DNA of 64,000 nt from Patescibacteria group bacterium. Its GTDB lineage: Bacteria > Patescibacteriota > Microgenomatia > UBA10105 > UBA927. Below the pieces are notes generated by a model, which worked only from the letters and a program-made list of their open reading frames with translations, was not told the DNA's origin and did no database searches. Location of the stretch: assembly GCA_049322955.1 (NCBI GenBank), contig JBMOPU010000012.1:311032-375031 (forward strand), read 5' to 3'. The stretch's first letter is position 1. Each line of letters opens with the position of its first letter. The translations under genes were made by a program, and so were the position numbers. Shown here one piece after another: positions 23,585 through 33,709 of this stretch.

Positions 23585-24136
23585 TTATCGCCGCCTTTTT
23601 CCGGTGAACAGCAGAAAGGGGTGATCACCGCGAATACCTTTTTTTTCGGGAATTTCTACAATCTGCTGGGTGACGATCGTGAAGCCTTCCTTTTTTGCCG
23701 CATTTATCATATTGGAATTTTGAAGTTGCGGAAGCGGTGAAAGCGGAAAACTATTGGTGCACACCGTCAGCCCGCCGCCGATCCGTAAAATTCTTCTTGC
23801 CTCCCCGAATGCCTGGCTTGGATTACCGAAGAGAATGCTGTTGGCAAAAAACACATGATCAACCGATTCGTCATCGAGTCCGATATGCGCCATATCCGCG
23901 GCCACGCCGGTACCGATTTTTCCCGCTTTGCGTCCGGTGCGGATGGCCAGAGAATCTATGTCCAGGGCAATCACGGTTGCGCCGAATACTGAAAGAGCCT
24001 GGGTGTCATCGCCGACGAGCGCTCCTACTTCTACGAGCGATCTGCCTGCCGCCGCACGGGCGACATCGGTGATGATGTCACTCCACGGACGTATTTCAAC
24101 GGGTTGCCGTCTTCGCCGTTCAAAAAACCAGCTCAT
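23585..24136 (-). CDS. Class I SAM-dependent methyltransferase
   Basis: LVEVGALVG, ALDID, ADMAHIGLDDESVD and EARRILRIGG. Confidence 0.75.
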   Translation of the reverse strand: MSWFFERRRRQPVEIRPWSDIITDVARAAAGRSLVEVGALVGDDTQALSVFGATVIALDIDSLAIRTGRKAGKIGTGVAADMAHIGLDDESVDHVFFANSILFGNPSQAFGEARRILRIGGGLTVCTNSFPLSPLPQLQNSNMINAAKKEGFTIVTQQIVEIPEKKGIRGDHPFLLFTGKRRR

Positions 24137-24254
24137 GAGAGTATTATAACCTATAGTATAAAAATAGCAATCAATGCTGATCTTTACTCATCGTAATCGC
24201 GCTGTCTTGCAATATACCGATTCGGTCGTTATACCCCCCCGGGAGGAAAAAAAT

Positions 24255-24491
24255 ATGGCAGCAAAAGCAGAAGTTACCAAAACCGTTCGTGATGCCGCAC
24301 GGGCACTTTTTCAGAAAGAGGGGAGATCATTGCCGCAAGGCGGTGAGGCGTTTGACTTGTCGGAAAGCGATTTAACGGATTTGGCGGCGCGCGGTTTCCT
24401 TCGGCGTAGCGGATCCGGCGCGGGTGACGGGTGGGAAGTAGATTCGGAGGTCGCGGCAGAGCTCGGGCTGTCCGAGTATGATTATTCCTGA
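24255..24491 (+). CDS. Small hypothetical protein (winged-helix-like)
   Basis: SD GGGAGG; LTDLAARGFLRR. Confidence 0.5.
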   Translation: MAAKAEVTKTVRDAARALFQKEGRSLPQGGEAFDLSESDLTDLAARGFLRRSGSGAGDGWEVDSEVAAELGLSEYDYS

Positions 24492-24739
24492 AAAAACTTT
24501 GCGGCTTCTTCCCTGGCTTTTTTGATTCGTGCTCGTAGCGCTGCTTGACGAAGACAATGCGGTAGGACGTTTTGTTCTTTTCTTTTCAAGAAGCCTTCGA
24601 CGCCCTCGGATGTTTGCTCATGAAAATTTCCGTTTAACAGCATCCCCATCTGATCGTTGATGTCGGCTTGCCCCAAACAAGCCTCGTCGGTTCCTTTACA
24701 GCCGAATGCTGATGTGCAGGTTTCCGGAGTCGTAGCCAT
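24482..24739 (-). CDS. Small Cys-containing hypothetical protein
   Basis: ATG 7 nt after TATAAT. Confidence 0.5.
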   Translation of the reverse strand: MATTPETCTSAFGCKGTDEACLGQADINDQMGMLLNGNFHEQTSEGVEGFLKRKEQNVLPHCLRQAALRARIKKAREEAAKFFQE

Positions 24740-24880
24740 AATGCGAATTATAGGCTATTTTAAGGAAAATAACAAGGAGAAGTAAAAAATATTAGCCTCA
24801 GGTCGTATTGTTACGGCTAAGAGGGACACGAAAAAAGAACCGCCGCAGAATTATGAGGCCACGCATGATAAAATACCTCC

Positions 24881-26752
24881 ATGTCTGACCAGTCACACAT
24901 CAGAAACTTTGCGATTATTGCCCACATCGATCACGGCAAAAGTACGCTTGCTGACCGCCTGTTGGAAATGACGGGAACCGTTGCCAGGCGCGAAATGCAG
25001 GAACAATTGCTGGACAGTAACCCCATTGAACGGGAGCGGGGGATCACGATTAAGCTTGCTCCCGTCCGCATGGAGTGGCAGGGATATACCTTAAATCTTA
25101 TCGACACCCCGGGACATGTGGACTTTGGGTACGAAGTAAGCAGATCTCTTGCCGCCTGTGAGGGGGCGCTTCTTGTTGTCGATGCTACCCAGGGCGTACA
25201 GGCGCAGACGCTCGCGAATCTTCATCAGGCACGGCTCCACAACCTGACGATCATCCCGCTCTTAAACAAAATTGACATGCCGCATGCCAGGGTAGAGGAA
25301 ACAAAAGGGGAACTCCGCGCATTGGGCTTTGCCGATGAGGAGATGATTGAAATCTCGGCAAAAACGGGTATGAATGTCGATAAAGTACTGGCCGCTGTGC
25401 TTGAACGAATCCCTCCGCCGAGCGGTAATCCTGCAAACCCGCTTCGGGCACTTATTTTTTCTTCGCACTATGACACGCATAAGGGAGTGGTGGTTTTTGT
25501 TCGTATAGTTGATGGTTCGATACGGTTTGATCCCACATTGCGCGTGCGATTTATGGCGACAAAGAGTGATGTGGCGCCGATTGAACTCGGGGTCTTTTCA
25601 CCGGCCATGCACGCGGTGAGCGATCTGAGATGCGGTGAGGTCGGCTACATCGCCACGGGACTGAAGGACGTCAAACTTGCCAAGGTGGGAGACACGGTGA
25701 CGGTGGGGAATATGAGCGGTACCAAAAATGAGCATCTCGTTGCCGCAGATGAGCCGCTTGCCGGGTACAAGGAGCCCAAGCCGATGGTGTTTTTGGGCTT
25801 GTTTCCCATGGCGGCCGATGAATATCAGGATTCCCGTGAGGCAATGGAAAAACTCCAGTTATCCGACAGCGCATTCACGTTCCGTCCGATCTCATCACTT
25901 GCGCTCGGGAACGGATTCCACTGCGGATTTTTGGGGCTTCTGCATGCCGAGGTGGTACAGGAGCGGATACTTCGGGAGTTTGATCTCACCATGCTGGCGA
26001 CCAGCCCGTCGGTCGAGTATCGGGTGACGCTCAAAAAAGGTGTTGATTACCATAAATTGGGCTTTACCCATAATCACATTGTTTCCCATGTTGATGATCA
26101 GGTCACCGTCAGTATCCAATCGGCAACAGAGCTTCCCGATCCGACATATATCGAAAGGGTAGAAGAGCCCATGATGCAGGTATCTATCTATAGTCCCAAG
26201 CGATTTGTGGGAGCCATCATGCAACTGGCCGTCGAAAAGCGCGGTGAATATGTGGATTTGGGATATGTGGGAGATCAGGCACAATTTACCTACCTTATCC
26301 CGCTTTCAGAGATGATTGTGGACTTTTTTGACCGGTTAAAGTCGGTGACGGAAGGGTATGCGAGTCTTGATTATGAATTTTTTGAATGGAGTACGGCCAA
26401 AGTCGTAAAAGTAGATATCCTGGTCAATAAAGAAAAGGTTGATGCGTTTTCCTTCCTGGTGCTGGAGCAAGCCGCGGTAGTGCGAAGTCGTGATATTGTG
26501 GACCGTTTAGCCGCGGTCATTCCGAAACAGCAATTTGAAATCCCCATTCAGGCGGCCATCGGCGGCTCGGTCATCGCGCGTGCGGATGTCAAAGGATTCA
26601 GGAAGGACGTTATTCAAAAGTTGTACGGAGGAGACCGAACCCGCAAAGATAAGCTCTTAAAAAAGCAAAAAAAAGGAAAAGCAAAAATGAAAATGATCGG
26701 AGCGGTGGAAATACCCCAAAGTGCATTCTTTGCCGTTCTCAAACGGGGATAA
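24881..26752 (+). CDS. lepA: Elongation factor 4
   Basis: IRNFAIIAHIDHGKSTLADR, DTPGHVDF, NKID and KLYGGD...KQKKGK. Confidence 0.97.
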   Translation: MSDQSHIRNFAIIAHIDHGKSTLADRLLEMTGTVARREMQEQLLDSNPIERERGITIKLAPVRMEWQGYTLNLIDTPGHVDFGYEVSRSLAACEGALLVVDATQGVQAQTLANLHQARLHNLTIIPLLNKIDMPHARVEETKGELRALGFADEEMIEISAKTGMNVDKVLAAVLERIPPPSGNPANPLRALIFSSHYDTHKGVVVFVRIVDGSIRFDPTLRVRFMATKSDVAPIELGVFSPAMHAVSDLRCGEVGYIATGLKDVKLAKVGDTVTVGNMSGTKNEHLVAADEPLAGYKEPKPMVFLGLFPMAADEYQDSREAMEKLQLSDSAFTFRPISSLALGNGFHCGFLGLLHAEVVQERILREFDLTMLATSPSVEYRVTLKKGVDYHKLGFTHNHIVSHVDDQVTVSIQSATELPDPTYIERVEEPMMQVSIYSPKRFVGAIMQLAVEKRGEYVDLGYVGDQAQFTYLIPLSEMIVDFFDRLKSVTEGYASLDYEFFEWSTAKVVKVDILVNKEKVDAFSFLVLEQAAVVRSRDIVDRLAAVIPKQQFEIPIQAAIGGSVIARADVKGFRKDVIQKLYGGDRTRKDKLLKKQKKGKAKMKMIGAVEIPQSAFFAVLKRG

Positions 26753-26807
26753 CCGTCCTTTGTTGTGTTTTATTATATTTCGATATATTTTGATATAATG
26801 ATGGGAT

Positions 26808-27266
26808 ATGCCGGCAATTGAAGCGCGCGAACCCGTTCCCGGAGCATCGGTCAGAAAAAAACTTGACGGTCTGCGAGTACAGCTCGGAAAAAATCTCGGA
26901 TGGTTTGAAATGCCGTCCGGGGTATCCGTTGTCATGCATACGCCGGTCGAGATATCGCAGGAAACGGACTCTTACGAGTTGCTTCGTATTCTCGGGCAGT
27001 CGAATCGGCTGGAACTTCCCTTTGTTTATCGGATAGCCGCGCGCCTTCCTCATGCGACCAGAGAACTGAGTGTAGGAACCTACGGCTTTCATGAAACGGA
27101 GATGCTCAAGTCCTTTTGGCTTACCCATAATCAGGATATGATGATAACTCCGACGAGTGCCGGAGATGAAGTTTTCTACAATGACACGTTGATGGAAAAT
27201 GGGTTTTCGGTTCCGTCGCCCGGCACCGAAACGGTCGTCTTTGAAGCCTTAAAAATGCTTCTATAA
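26808..27266 (+). CDS. Hypothetical protein
   Basis: 152-aa ORF with TATAAT just upstream. Confidence 0.55.
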   Translation: MPAIEAREPVPGASVRKKLDGLRVQLGKNLGWFEMPSGVSVVMHTPVEISQETDSYELLRILGQSNRLELPFVYRIAARLPHATRELSVGTYGFHETEMLKSFWLTHNQDMMITPTSAGDEVFYNDTLMENGFSVPSPGTETVVFEALKMLL

Positions 27267-27344
27267 CGGTCGCTTTTGCAGAATACGGATGGAGAAGGGG
27301 GATAGCTCATAGGCAATCGTTGTGGTTTCTTGTATAGTGGCAGT

Positions 27345-28430
27345 ATGGCGGAAATTCATTTTGGGAGTTTTGATGCCGCGCGTGCCATGAAAAACCCTGA
27401 AAAGGGCACACCGTCCGTTGCGGAACCTCTCGCAGTTCGTGACATCCATTATCTCGCCTCAATGCTTCTCGGGGACGGAAAAAAGCCGGCGGTACTGAAT
27501 AAGGAATCCACCGAATGGGTCGATAAGCGGGTACGCGGAGTGAAATATAAGGGGGTGAACGTCGTGACCGTCGATTGGGACGGGGTACACGAACCCGTTG
27601 TCGACGACACGATGGATAAACTGCTCAAAAGTACCGTGCCGACGGGAGTCGTCGTCGAATACTTTACCCCGGAACTCGCCGCTCGGGCAAAGGCGGTGCC
27701 GATTGTCGGCGGCATATTGGAAAAGAAGGTAACCGAGCCCGTGAAAAACGAAAAAGATATAAAGGGACGGGCGCACTACCGCAACCAATATAAACGTCGC
27801 CTGTATTTCGGAAAAACCATGACGGACGGGCTCGCCGAATCGGGAGTTCCCGCGCTTTGCTTTGACATTGCCAACAAGCCTTTGTATATGCTCCTTCGTG
27901 ATGGTGCGGTGATTGGCGAAAAACTATTGGGGACGGCCCTGGGAAAAACAATTGATATTGAAGCCGCAAAGCGCAATATTGACACCAAGGGCCTGTATGC
28001 CAAGTTGGGTTCGGATATTCCCTCGTGGTGGTATTTTTCGAAGCTTATTATGCAAATGGCCAGGAAGGGTATCTATGATCCGAAAAAACTCTCGGTACTG
28101 GATACGTTCCAACTGCACCTGGAGGACGCAAGGCGACTTGTCATCGCGGAAGGAATCACCCAGCACATTGATCGGGGAGTTGCCGACGGGGTCTTGAAAA
28201 AGGACGCAACCATTCTGGTAGTGTATCCCGAAGCGCATAATTTGCGGATCAGAAACTACATGGAACGGGTGACCAAAAAAGACGGCGGGTTGCCGCTTGC
28301 GGTGAAAGACCTCGCATATCGATTGGTGTCTGATCCGATTTTGGAATTTAAGGAACGGGCATATCAATATAAGGACGGTGCATGGCAGAAAACGGGAGTA
28401 TATGGCATTAAACGGCACACAAAAGCGTAG
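27345..28430 (+). CDS. Hypothetical protein
   Basis: Long ORF; ATG 6 nt after TATAGT. Confidence 0.7.
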   Translation: MAEIHFGSFDAARAMKNPEKGTPSVAEPLAVRDIHYLASMLLGDGKKPAVLNKESTEWVDKRVRGVKYKGVNVVTVDWDGVHEPVVDDTMDKLLKSTVPTGVVVEYFTPELAARAKAVPIVGGILEKKVTEPVKNEKDIKGRAHYRNQYKRRLYFGKTMTDGLAESGVPALCFDIANKPLYMLLRDGAVIGEKLLGTALGKTIDIEAAKRNIDTKGLYAKLGSDIPSWWYFSKLIMQMARKGIYDPKKLSVLDTFQLHLEDARRLVIAEGITQHIDRGVADGVLKKDATILVVYPEAHNLRIRNYMERVTKKDGGLPLAVKDLAYRLVSDPILEFKERAYQYKDGAWQKTGVYGIKRHTKA

Positions 28431-28479
28431 TCATTGACAAACGGTGCCGGAAACGTAAAGATAATATTCAGGCACTTAT

Positions 28480-29013
28480 ATGGCAACAAAGTTATTGCCC
28501 TCCATGAGATTCTTCGGCTTGTTTGCCTTGTTTTCATTTGTCACCGGTTTTGTGCTTATCGTTGCCTCGCAACGCAATACCGAGCGTCGCTCGCAGGCAT
28601 CCAACGGACCCTACGCGTGTGACGTCGCCTGCTCGCCTGCCGCGGGAGGGATCGGCGGAGCGGCATGTATCGCCTGTATGCAGGCACAGACAACACCGTC
28701 AATCAGCATAAAACCGTCAGTCAGCCCGACACCTGCAGACAAATGTCCTTATGCCTATAGAGAGAAATGCTACTCAACTATGGGACAAGTTAATAATGCG
28801 AGGCACAACTATAATAACAGTCAGACCGTGTTATGTTATCTTCCCGGTTATTGTCCGCCAGTTGCCGAGCCGGTACCGCTGGGGCCGTGTGAGCACATAT
28901 ACGGAGGACGTTGTTATGCGAGTGCGGAAGATGCGGAAAGAGCTGAATACCTCGCAACAAAAGGCCCCAATGATCCCCCGATAGAAGCTCCCGTGCCGAT
29001 AGATCTCAATTAA
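28480..29013 (+). CDS. Membrane-anchored Cys-rich extracellular protein
   Basis: N-terminal TM, then RRSQA, 10 Cys and a Ser/Pro linker. Confidence 0.65.
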   Translation: MATKLLPSMRFFGLFALFSFVTGFVLIVASQRNTERRSQASNGPYACDVACSPAAGGIGGAACIACMQAQTTPSISIKPSVSPTPADKCPYAYREKCYSTMGQVNNARHNYNNSQTVLCYLPGYCPPVAEPVPLGPCEHIYGGRCYASAEDAERAEYLATKGPNDPPIEAPVPIDLN

Positions 29014-29055
29014 CACGAGACACGTAACCGCAAACGGCAAAGTAACGCTTTGGCG

Positions 29056-29421
29056 TTAAGTGCGTTTCCAGAAGAGGAGGGGTCGCGGTCGGTGAAGAAA
29101 TCTTTTTCGTAGCAAAAATCCGAGCGAGGCATCGGCGGGCTGTTCACTTCGTACTCCTTCCATCCAACCATCACCCTCGGGTTGCAGGATTTCGTATTCG
29201 ACCGTTCTTCCCTGTGTTATGCCTATAATGCTTGCGGCCATCTCCGCATACCTTTCGGGGGAAACACTCGGATGAAGCGTAATAATTGCTTCGTTAGATC
29301 CGCTTGTTGTGGAAAGTCCGCGAACACGGATGCGGGATCCCTGAAGTGTGATGTTTCCATTTTTTTCAACGATCGGGAGTCCGGGCGTAAGTACTTCAAT
29401 AGAAAGTTTGGATAGCGACAT
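29056..29421 (-). CDS. Hypothetical protein
   Basis: 121-aa ORF. Confidence 0.5.
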   Translation of the reverse strand: MSLSKLSIEVLTPGLPIVEKNGNITLQGSRIRVRGLSTTSGSNEAIITLHPSVSPERYAEMAASIIGITQGRTVEYEILQPEGDGWMEGVRSEQPADASLGFLLRKRFLHRPRPLLFWKRT

Positions 29422-29608
29422 AGGTCACGGTGAATTATATCCTATAATGCGATATTTGTGAAGCTGTTGATGGCGTTCCTTCAGAGCGTTTTTTCAGCAA
29501 CGCATACGATGGTCCAGATATGAATTCAAGCATGCTCCATGGGCAATGGATGTGCGAGATGTGCATAAAATCGGTTGGGTATCTCACAATAATTCATAGC
29601 CGATCATC

Positions 29609-30349
29609 TTATCGTACCAGACGGCGCTTTGTGAGGGATTCCACCAATCTGATGGAACCTACGGAGAGGAAAAAAAGCAGTATGTTAAGAAGCGCCACGT
29701 ATCCTAGGATAGTACCCGTAGAGCGTAAAAATTGCGTGACCGCGAACAGCGTAATTTCCGTGAGATTAATGCGAATACCGATAAGAAAGAGCGCAATACT
29801 CACGAGGGCAAGTACCCCGACTACCGGCCAAAATCCTTCCAGGTCTTCGGGCGAAGAAAACATAGTATTGGAGACTGCGAAAAACGCGTATCCCATAAGC
29901 ACAAAGAGATACACGCCGTAACTCGTCAAAAGTATGCCGTTTTGCGCATCAAGAGCTACCTGCTCCCATACGCCGGGAAGAAAATACGAAAGTAATCCCA
30001 GAATGCCCAGTCCCACGAATACGGGAGCAATACCGATGATTGCCCGACGGATCGGATCGGATTGGGCGATTGATACACTCCCTGTCCGCACATTTTTTTC
30101 TTCGATACCCTCGGGAACAAGAGTTAACCCGCTTGTTCGAACGCCCAGTATTTCTGCGGTAAAAAGATGGGCAAGTTCATGAATGACCGTACCCGGAAAA
30201 AATATAATGGACAGAAATCCTACGGCGACGGGACGCGATTTGGTGAGGAGAAATGCCGCAATAAACAGGTTTTGGGTGAGTTTGCGGGAAAGGATGTAGA
30301 GTCCGATAAGTTCAACGCAAATGATGACGATAAAAACGATCATAGCCAT
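29609..30349 (-). CDS. Membrane zinc metalloprotease (M50-like)
   Basis: FPGTVIHELAH, IIGIAP and FSSPED; multiple TMs. Confidence 0.75.
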   Translation of the reverse strand: MAMIVFIVIICVELIGLYILSRKLTQNLFIAAFLLTKSRPVAVGFLSIIFFPGTVIHELAHLFTAEILGVRTSGLTLVPEGIEEKNVRTGSVSIAQSDPIRRAIIGIAPVFVGLGILGLLSYFLPGVWEQVALDAQNGILLTSYGVYLFVLMGYAFFAVSNTMFSSPEDLEGFWPVVGVLALVSIALFLIGIRINLTEITLFAVTQFLRSTGTILGYVALLNILLFFLSVGSIRLVESLTKRRLVR

Positions 30350-30396
30350 TCCAGTATATGCGATATTCGTGCCGCCGTGGTATAGTATGTCGCAAT

Positions 30397-30726
30397 ATGC
30401 GTACAGTGACCCTCCTCATGGATCCCAAAAAGCCCACCTATAATTTACGGGTCATGGAGGATGACGGTGCCCGCAACAACCTTGGTGAGTGGCCAACGCA
30501 ACGGGGTGCACGGCGGCGGCTTTCGGCGGTGGTAGGGGAGGGGAAAACACTCCGCATCGGGTTATTTGATAGTGATTGTCTTTCCGCCGTTACTTCTGTC
30601 CGTGTTACCGAAGGACGGGTGTTGTATAACGGAAAACGGGTATTGCCGGTTTTTGGCACCACCTGGGAAGGATTATTTCAGGAAGTCCGCATCGTCCCTT
30701 CGCTTTTTGCAAAAAAAGAAAAATAA
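30397..30726 (+). CDS. Hypothetical protein
   Basis: ORF preceded by TGG-TATAGT. Confidence 0.45.
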   Translation: MRTVTLLMDPKKPTYNLRVMEDDGARNNLGEWPTQRGARRRLSAVVGEGKTLRIGLFDSDCLSAVTSVRVTEGRVLYNGKRVLPVFGTTWEGLFQEVRIVPSLFAKKEK

Positions 30727-30735
30727 GTCGCGGTA

Positions 30736-31614
30736 TTAGTGACCGCCGGTGTGTTCGGCCGATTCGGGCGTAGCAATTTGGATAAATGCCTGCAATCCTA
30801 CCGCGGCATAGACGATTCCCATGGTGACCTGGTCGGAGAGCTGACTGGGAGGCTTTTCGGCCTTTTTCACTTCGCCGAACATTTCTGATGCTTTTTTCAT
30901 ATTTTCGGGAGTTTTGGGGATACCCGCAAGATCCAGCATAACGTTCGGGCTGGGGGATAGCTTCGTAAATCCTTCAACGCCCGTGAGCTGTTTCCAGGTC
31001 ATGGCCGCAAGCTCGTTATTGGTCTGTAATAGTTGTGCTACCGCAGGAACACTGTCCCGCGAACCGCTTCTGATGCTGTCGGCAATATCAGGAGGAAGCG
31101 GATTTTCCGGGTGTAACGTATTGTACTGTTCGAGGATAGGAAGTATCGCACTTTCCTGCGGGTTAGCGGGGGGGATGTTGAGATCGTTGATTTTTGTTTG
31201 CAGTTCGACAAGTTTGAGTGCGGTATCGGAAGGCAGTCCATCCGTTTCCATGGCCGCAAGCGCGCGAAGCGCACCCATTTGCATTTCGTTGCCGAGCGGC
31301 GTATCCGCCGCTTGCGTCGCGATGGCATTGACAAGCAGACGCATATCCTTGAGTTCCAGAAGAATGGTATTTGCTTCCGCAAGCAGTGCGGTTGCGGCTT
31401 CCCGGGAGGGCAGTGCTTCAGTTTTTGCCGCCGTAGCCTCATGGACGGGGACGCCTTTGGCTATTTGTTCGAGGGTCCCTCTGGCTTCCGCTTTTCTTCG
31501 ATCATTGCTTTTTACGGTGCCCGATGATTTCTCTTTTGGCGCCGCCACCTGCGGCTTCGGTGTTTCGGGTTTCGGTTGAGGAGGTAATCCTTCCATTTTG
31601 ACGGGTTCCGGCAT
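30736..31614 (-). CDS. Hypothetical helical protein with C-terminal hydrophobic segment
   Basis: 292 aa; ATG 6 nt after TATACT. Confidence 0.7.
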   Translation of the reverse strand: MPEPVKMEGLPPQPKPETPKPQVAAPKEKSSGTVKSNDRRKAEARGTLEQIAKGVPVHEATAAKTEALPSREAATALLAEANTILLELKDMRLLVNAIATQAADTPLGNEMQMGALRALAAMETDGLPSDTALKLVELQTKINDLNIPPANPQESAILPILEQYNTLHPENPLPPDIADSIRSGSRDSVPAVAQLLQTNNELAAMTWKQLTGVEGFTKLSPSPNVMLDLAGIPKTPENMKKASEMFGEVKKAEKPPSQLSDQVTMGIVYAAVGLQAFIQIATPESAEHTGGH

Positions 31615-31697
31615 ACCTCTAGTATAGGCAGAAAGGATAAGACGGCGTCAAGCGTGTTTTGCTTTTGCTTTTTTCGGTATTGGGATATGATAGCCAT

Positions 31698-33071
31698 ATG
31701 CCAGAGCGCTCTGAGTCACCGAATACGATACCGGCAAAACGACCGGTGGTGGAGCGGGTGCTGTACGGTGTCGGGAAATTTGTCGAGCGACATACTCCTA
31801 CGGCACATGCCGACCGCATTATCACCGTTATCAATCGATACATTATTCCGAAACTTTCTCCCGAAAAACGCCAGTGGGTGGGCAAACACAAGGATGCGAT
31901 AGAAACGGCCGCGGTTGTGGCGGGGGTGGGTATTACGGCGACGGAAATAACGCTTGCGACTGTTTGTACCGTGCGTATGGCGGGGAGATTTCGTGAAGTA
32001 ATGGAGCAAATCAAGGCAAGCAAACGGGCAAGAAGCCTTCGCGAGTCGAAGATCACCTCTCACGAAAAACTGAAATCCGTAGCCAAATGGAAAAAGCCGA
32101 AAGGGGAATCGATTGTTCCGGATGCGCATGTTCCCGTTGTGTTTGACAGAACCGATGAACTGTTTATGATCCAGGAACTTTCCCAAGATCCGAAGTGGCA
32201 GGATATCCCTACGGTACGGGCATTTCTTGACGGAACATTGCAATTGCGTGAAAACGAATTCGTTGATTGGGCGCGTCTCGGATTGCCCGATCCGAATAAG
32301 ATCCAGGCGAAAACAAAGGTGCGAAAAGGGAGAATTGCACCGTACGTTCCTCCGGTCGACAGTTATGCCTCAAGGAAACTCCCTACGGCGGCAGAGCCGA
32401 TTGTTGCCAAAGCTCCCGGACTCGGCGATAAAATTCGTGACAAACTTCGGGGAATTTGGCCGTGGTCACTCGAAAATCAGATACTTCGGGCACACCGGAA
32501 GCGCATCGCGACGACGAAGGCTTTGAGCGAAAAGCGCGCACAGGATTCGGCGCGCAAGGCACAACAAAAAATATGGGATGAGGAACGGGCACGGATGCTC
32601 CTTAAACGAACCCAGGAAATGGAACGGGATCACCAGGAACGGTTACAGCAGGGAATTCAAAAAGGAATTGCCGAGCGTCTGCGACGGGAACATCTTGCGG
32701 AACTTGCCGCAAAGGGGAGCGTCATCGACACCGAGTTGGCTAAAAAAAGCCCCGCACTGGTGGCGGCTATTGCCGAAAAAGTGGCAACCCTTCCAACCAA
32801 TGAAACCACCATTACCCGCGATCTCACCGCGCTACTGGTCAATATAGAAAAGAACCCGCAGGTATTCGCACCGCTTGTTGAAAAAGTGTCGGTCGCAGGT
32901 GACGGCACCGACGGACTGCGCGCCGCCTCACAGCTCCTGGAGAAGGCATACAACAGCCAGAAAGGGGTAAAGAAAATCGATGGGGCTTATACGACAAAAT
33001 TCACGACCCTTGCCGCATTTTGGTTACAAAGACTCGGACAAGTGGGATTAGATCTGTTGCGGGGGAAATGA
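31698..33071 (+). CDS. Hypothetical coiled-coil protein with one hydrophobic segment
   Basis: ATG 6 nt after TATGAT; AAVVAGVGITATEI segment. Confidence 0.7.
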   Translation: MPERSESPNTIPAKRPVVERVLYGVGKFVERHTPTAHADRIITVINRYIIPKLSPEKRQWVGKHKDAIETAAVVAGVGITATEITLATVCTVRMAGRFREVMEQIKASKRARSLRESKITSHEKLKSVAKWKKPKGESIVPDAHVPVVFDRTDELFMIQELSQDPKWQDIPTVRAFLDGTLQLRENEFVDWARLGLPDPNKIQAKTKVRKGRIAPYVPPVDSYASRKLPTAAEPIVAKAPGLGDKIRDKLRGIWPWSLENQILRAHRKRIATTKALSEKRAQDSARKAQQKIWDEERARMLLKRTQEMERDHQERLQQGIQKGIAERLRREHLAELAAKGSVIDTELAKKSPALVAAIAEKVATLPTNETTITRDLTALLVNIEKNPQVFAPLVEKVSVAGDGTDGLRAASQLLEKAYNSQKGVKKIDGAYTTKFTTLAAFWLQRLGQVGLDLLRGK

Positions 33072-33154
33072 AGATCCCGGCATTGTTTTATACACGCTCG
33101 TGAAGCAAGGATGTTTTGCAACGGTCGAATAATACCTCTATACTTATTTGTGTT

Positions 33155-33697
33155 ATGGACTACAAACAACTTTTTGATCGATGGGTACTGCTCACGACGC
33201 TTCCCGAGGAAGACAGGAAAGCGCTGGTGGAGCGTATTCATACCGAAGTGACCACATCCGTACAGGCGTTTGCCGGTCTTGCCGCCGTTGAAATAGATAA
33301 AACACTCGCCGACGCATCCTATGAAAAAAAGGAAGCATACGTCAAAACGGCCGCTCCCGTCTTGGCACTCGCGGCTTTTGACGGGTATCTTTTGTCTCTC
33401 ATGGAGCGGGGAATCAACCCGCAAACAACCGATCTTGCGGGCGTCGAGAAAACGTCAGGATTGGGCGAACGGTGGTCAGCGGGTTACGGCAAAGACCAGA
33501 ACATGACAATCCTCAAGGAGATTGATCCGATCATTCTGTTGATACTCGCCAAAATGCAGGAAGTGCGGGTGAATCAGATGCTATCGTTCTATCCTGAAAT
33601 TATCGAACTTCCCTACAAAGTAACCGAAAAGCTCCATCAATACATCGGTTGGGCGGTGAATCAGGGATATGTATTGGGAGTCATGGAACAGTCCTAA
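33155..33697 (+). CDS. Hypothetical protein
   Basis: 180-aa helical ORF. Confidence 0.65.
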   Translation: MDYKQLFDRWVLLTTLPEEDRKALVERIHTEVTTSVQAFAGLAAVEIDKTLADASYEKKEAYVKTAAPVLALAAFDGYLLSLMERGINPQTTDLAGVEKTSGLGERWSAGYGKDQNMTILKEIDPIILLILAKMQEVRVNQMLSFYPEIIELPYKVTEKLHQYIGWAVNQGYVLGVMEQS

Positions 33698-33709
33698 ATC
33701 TTCACGATT

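Noticed and set aside
23585-24136. Restriction-modification methyltransferase partner
   Set aside because: Too short and lacking DNA-MTase catalytic motifs; it looks like a small-molecule class I MTase.
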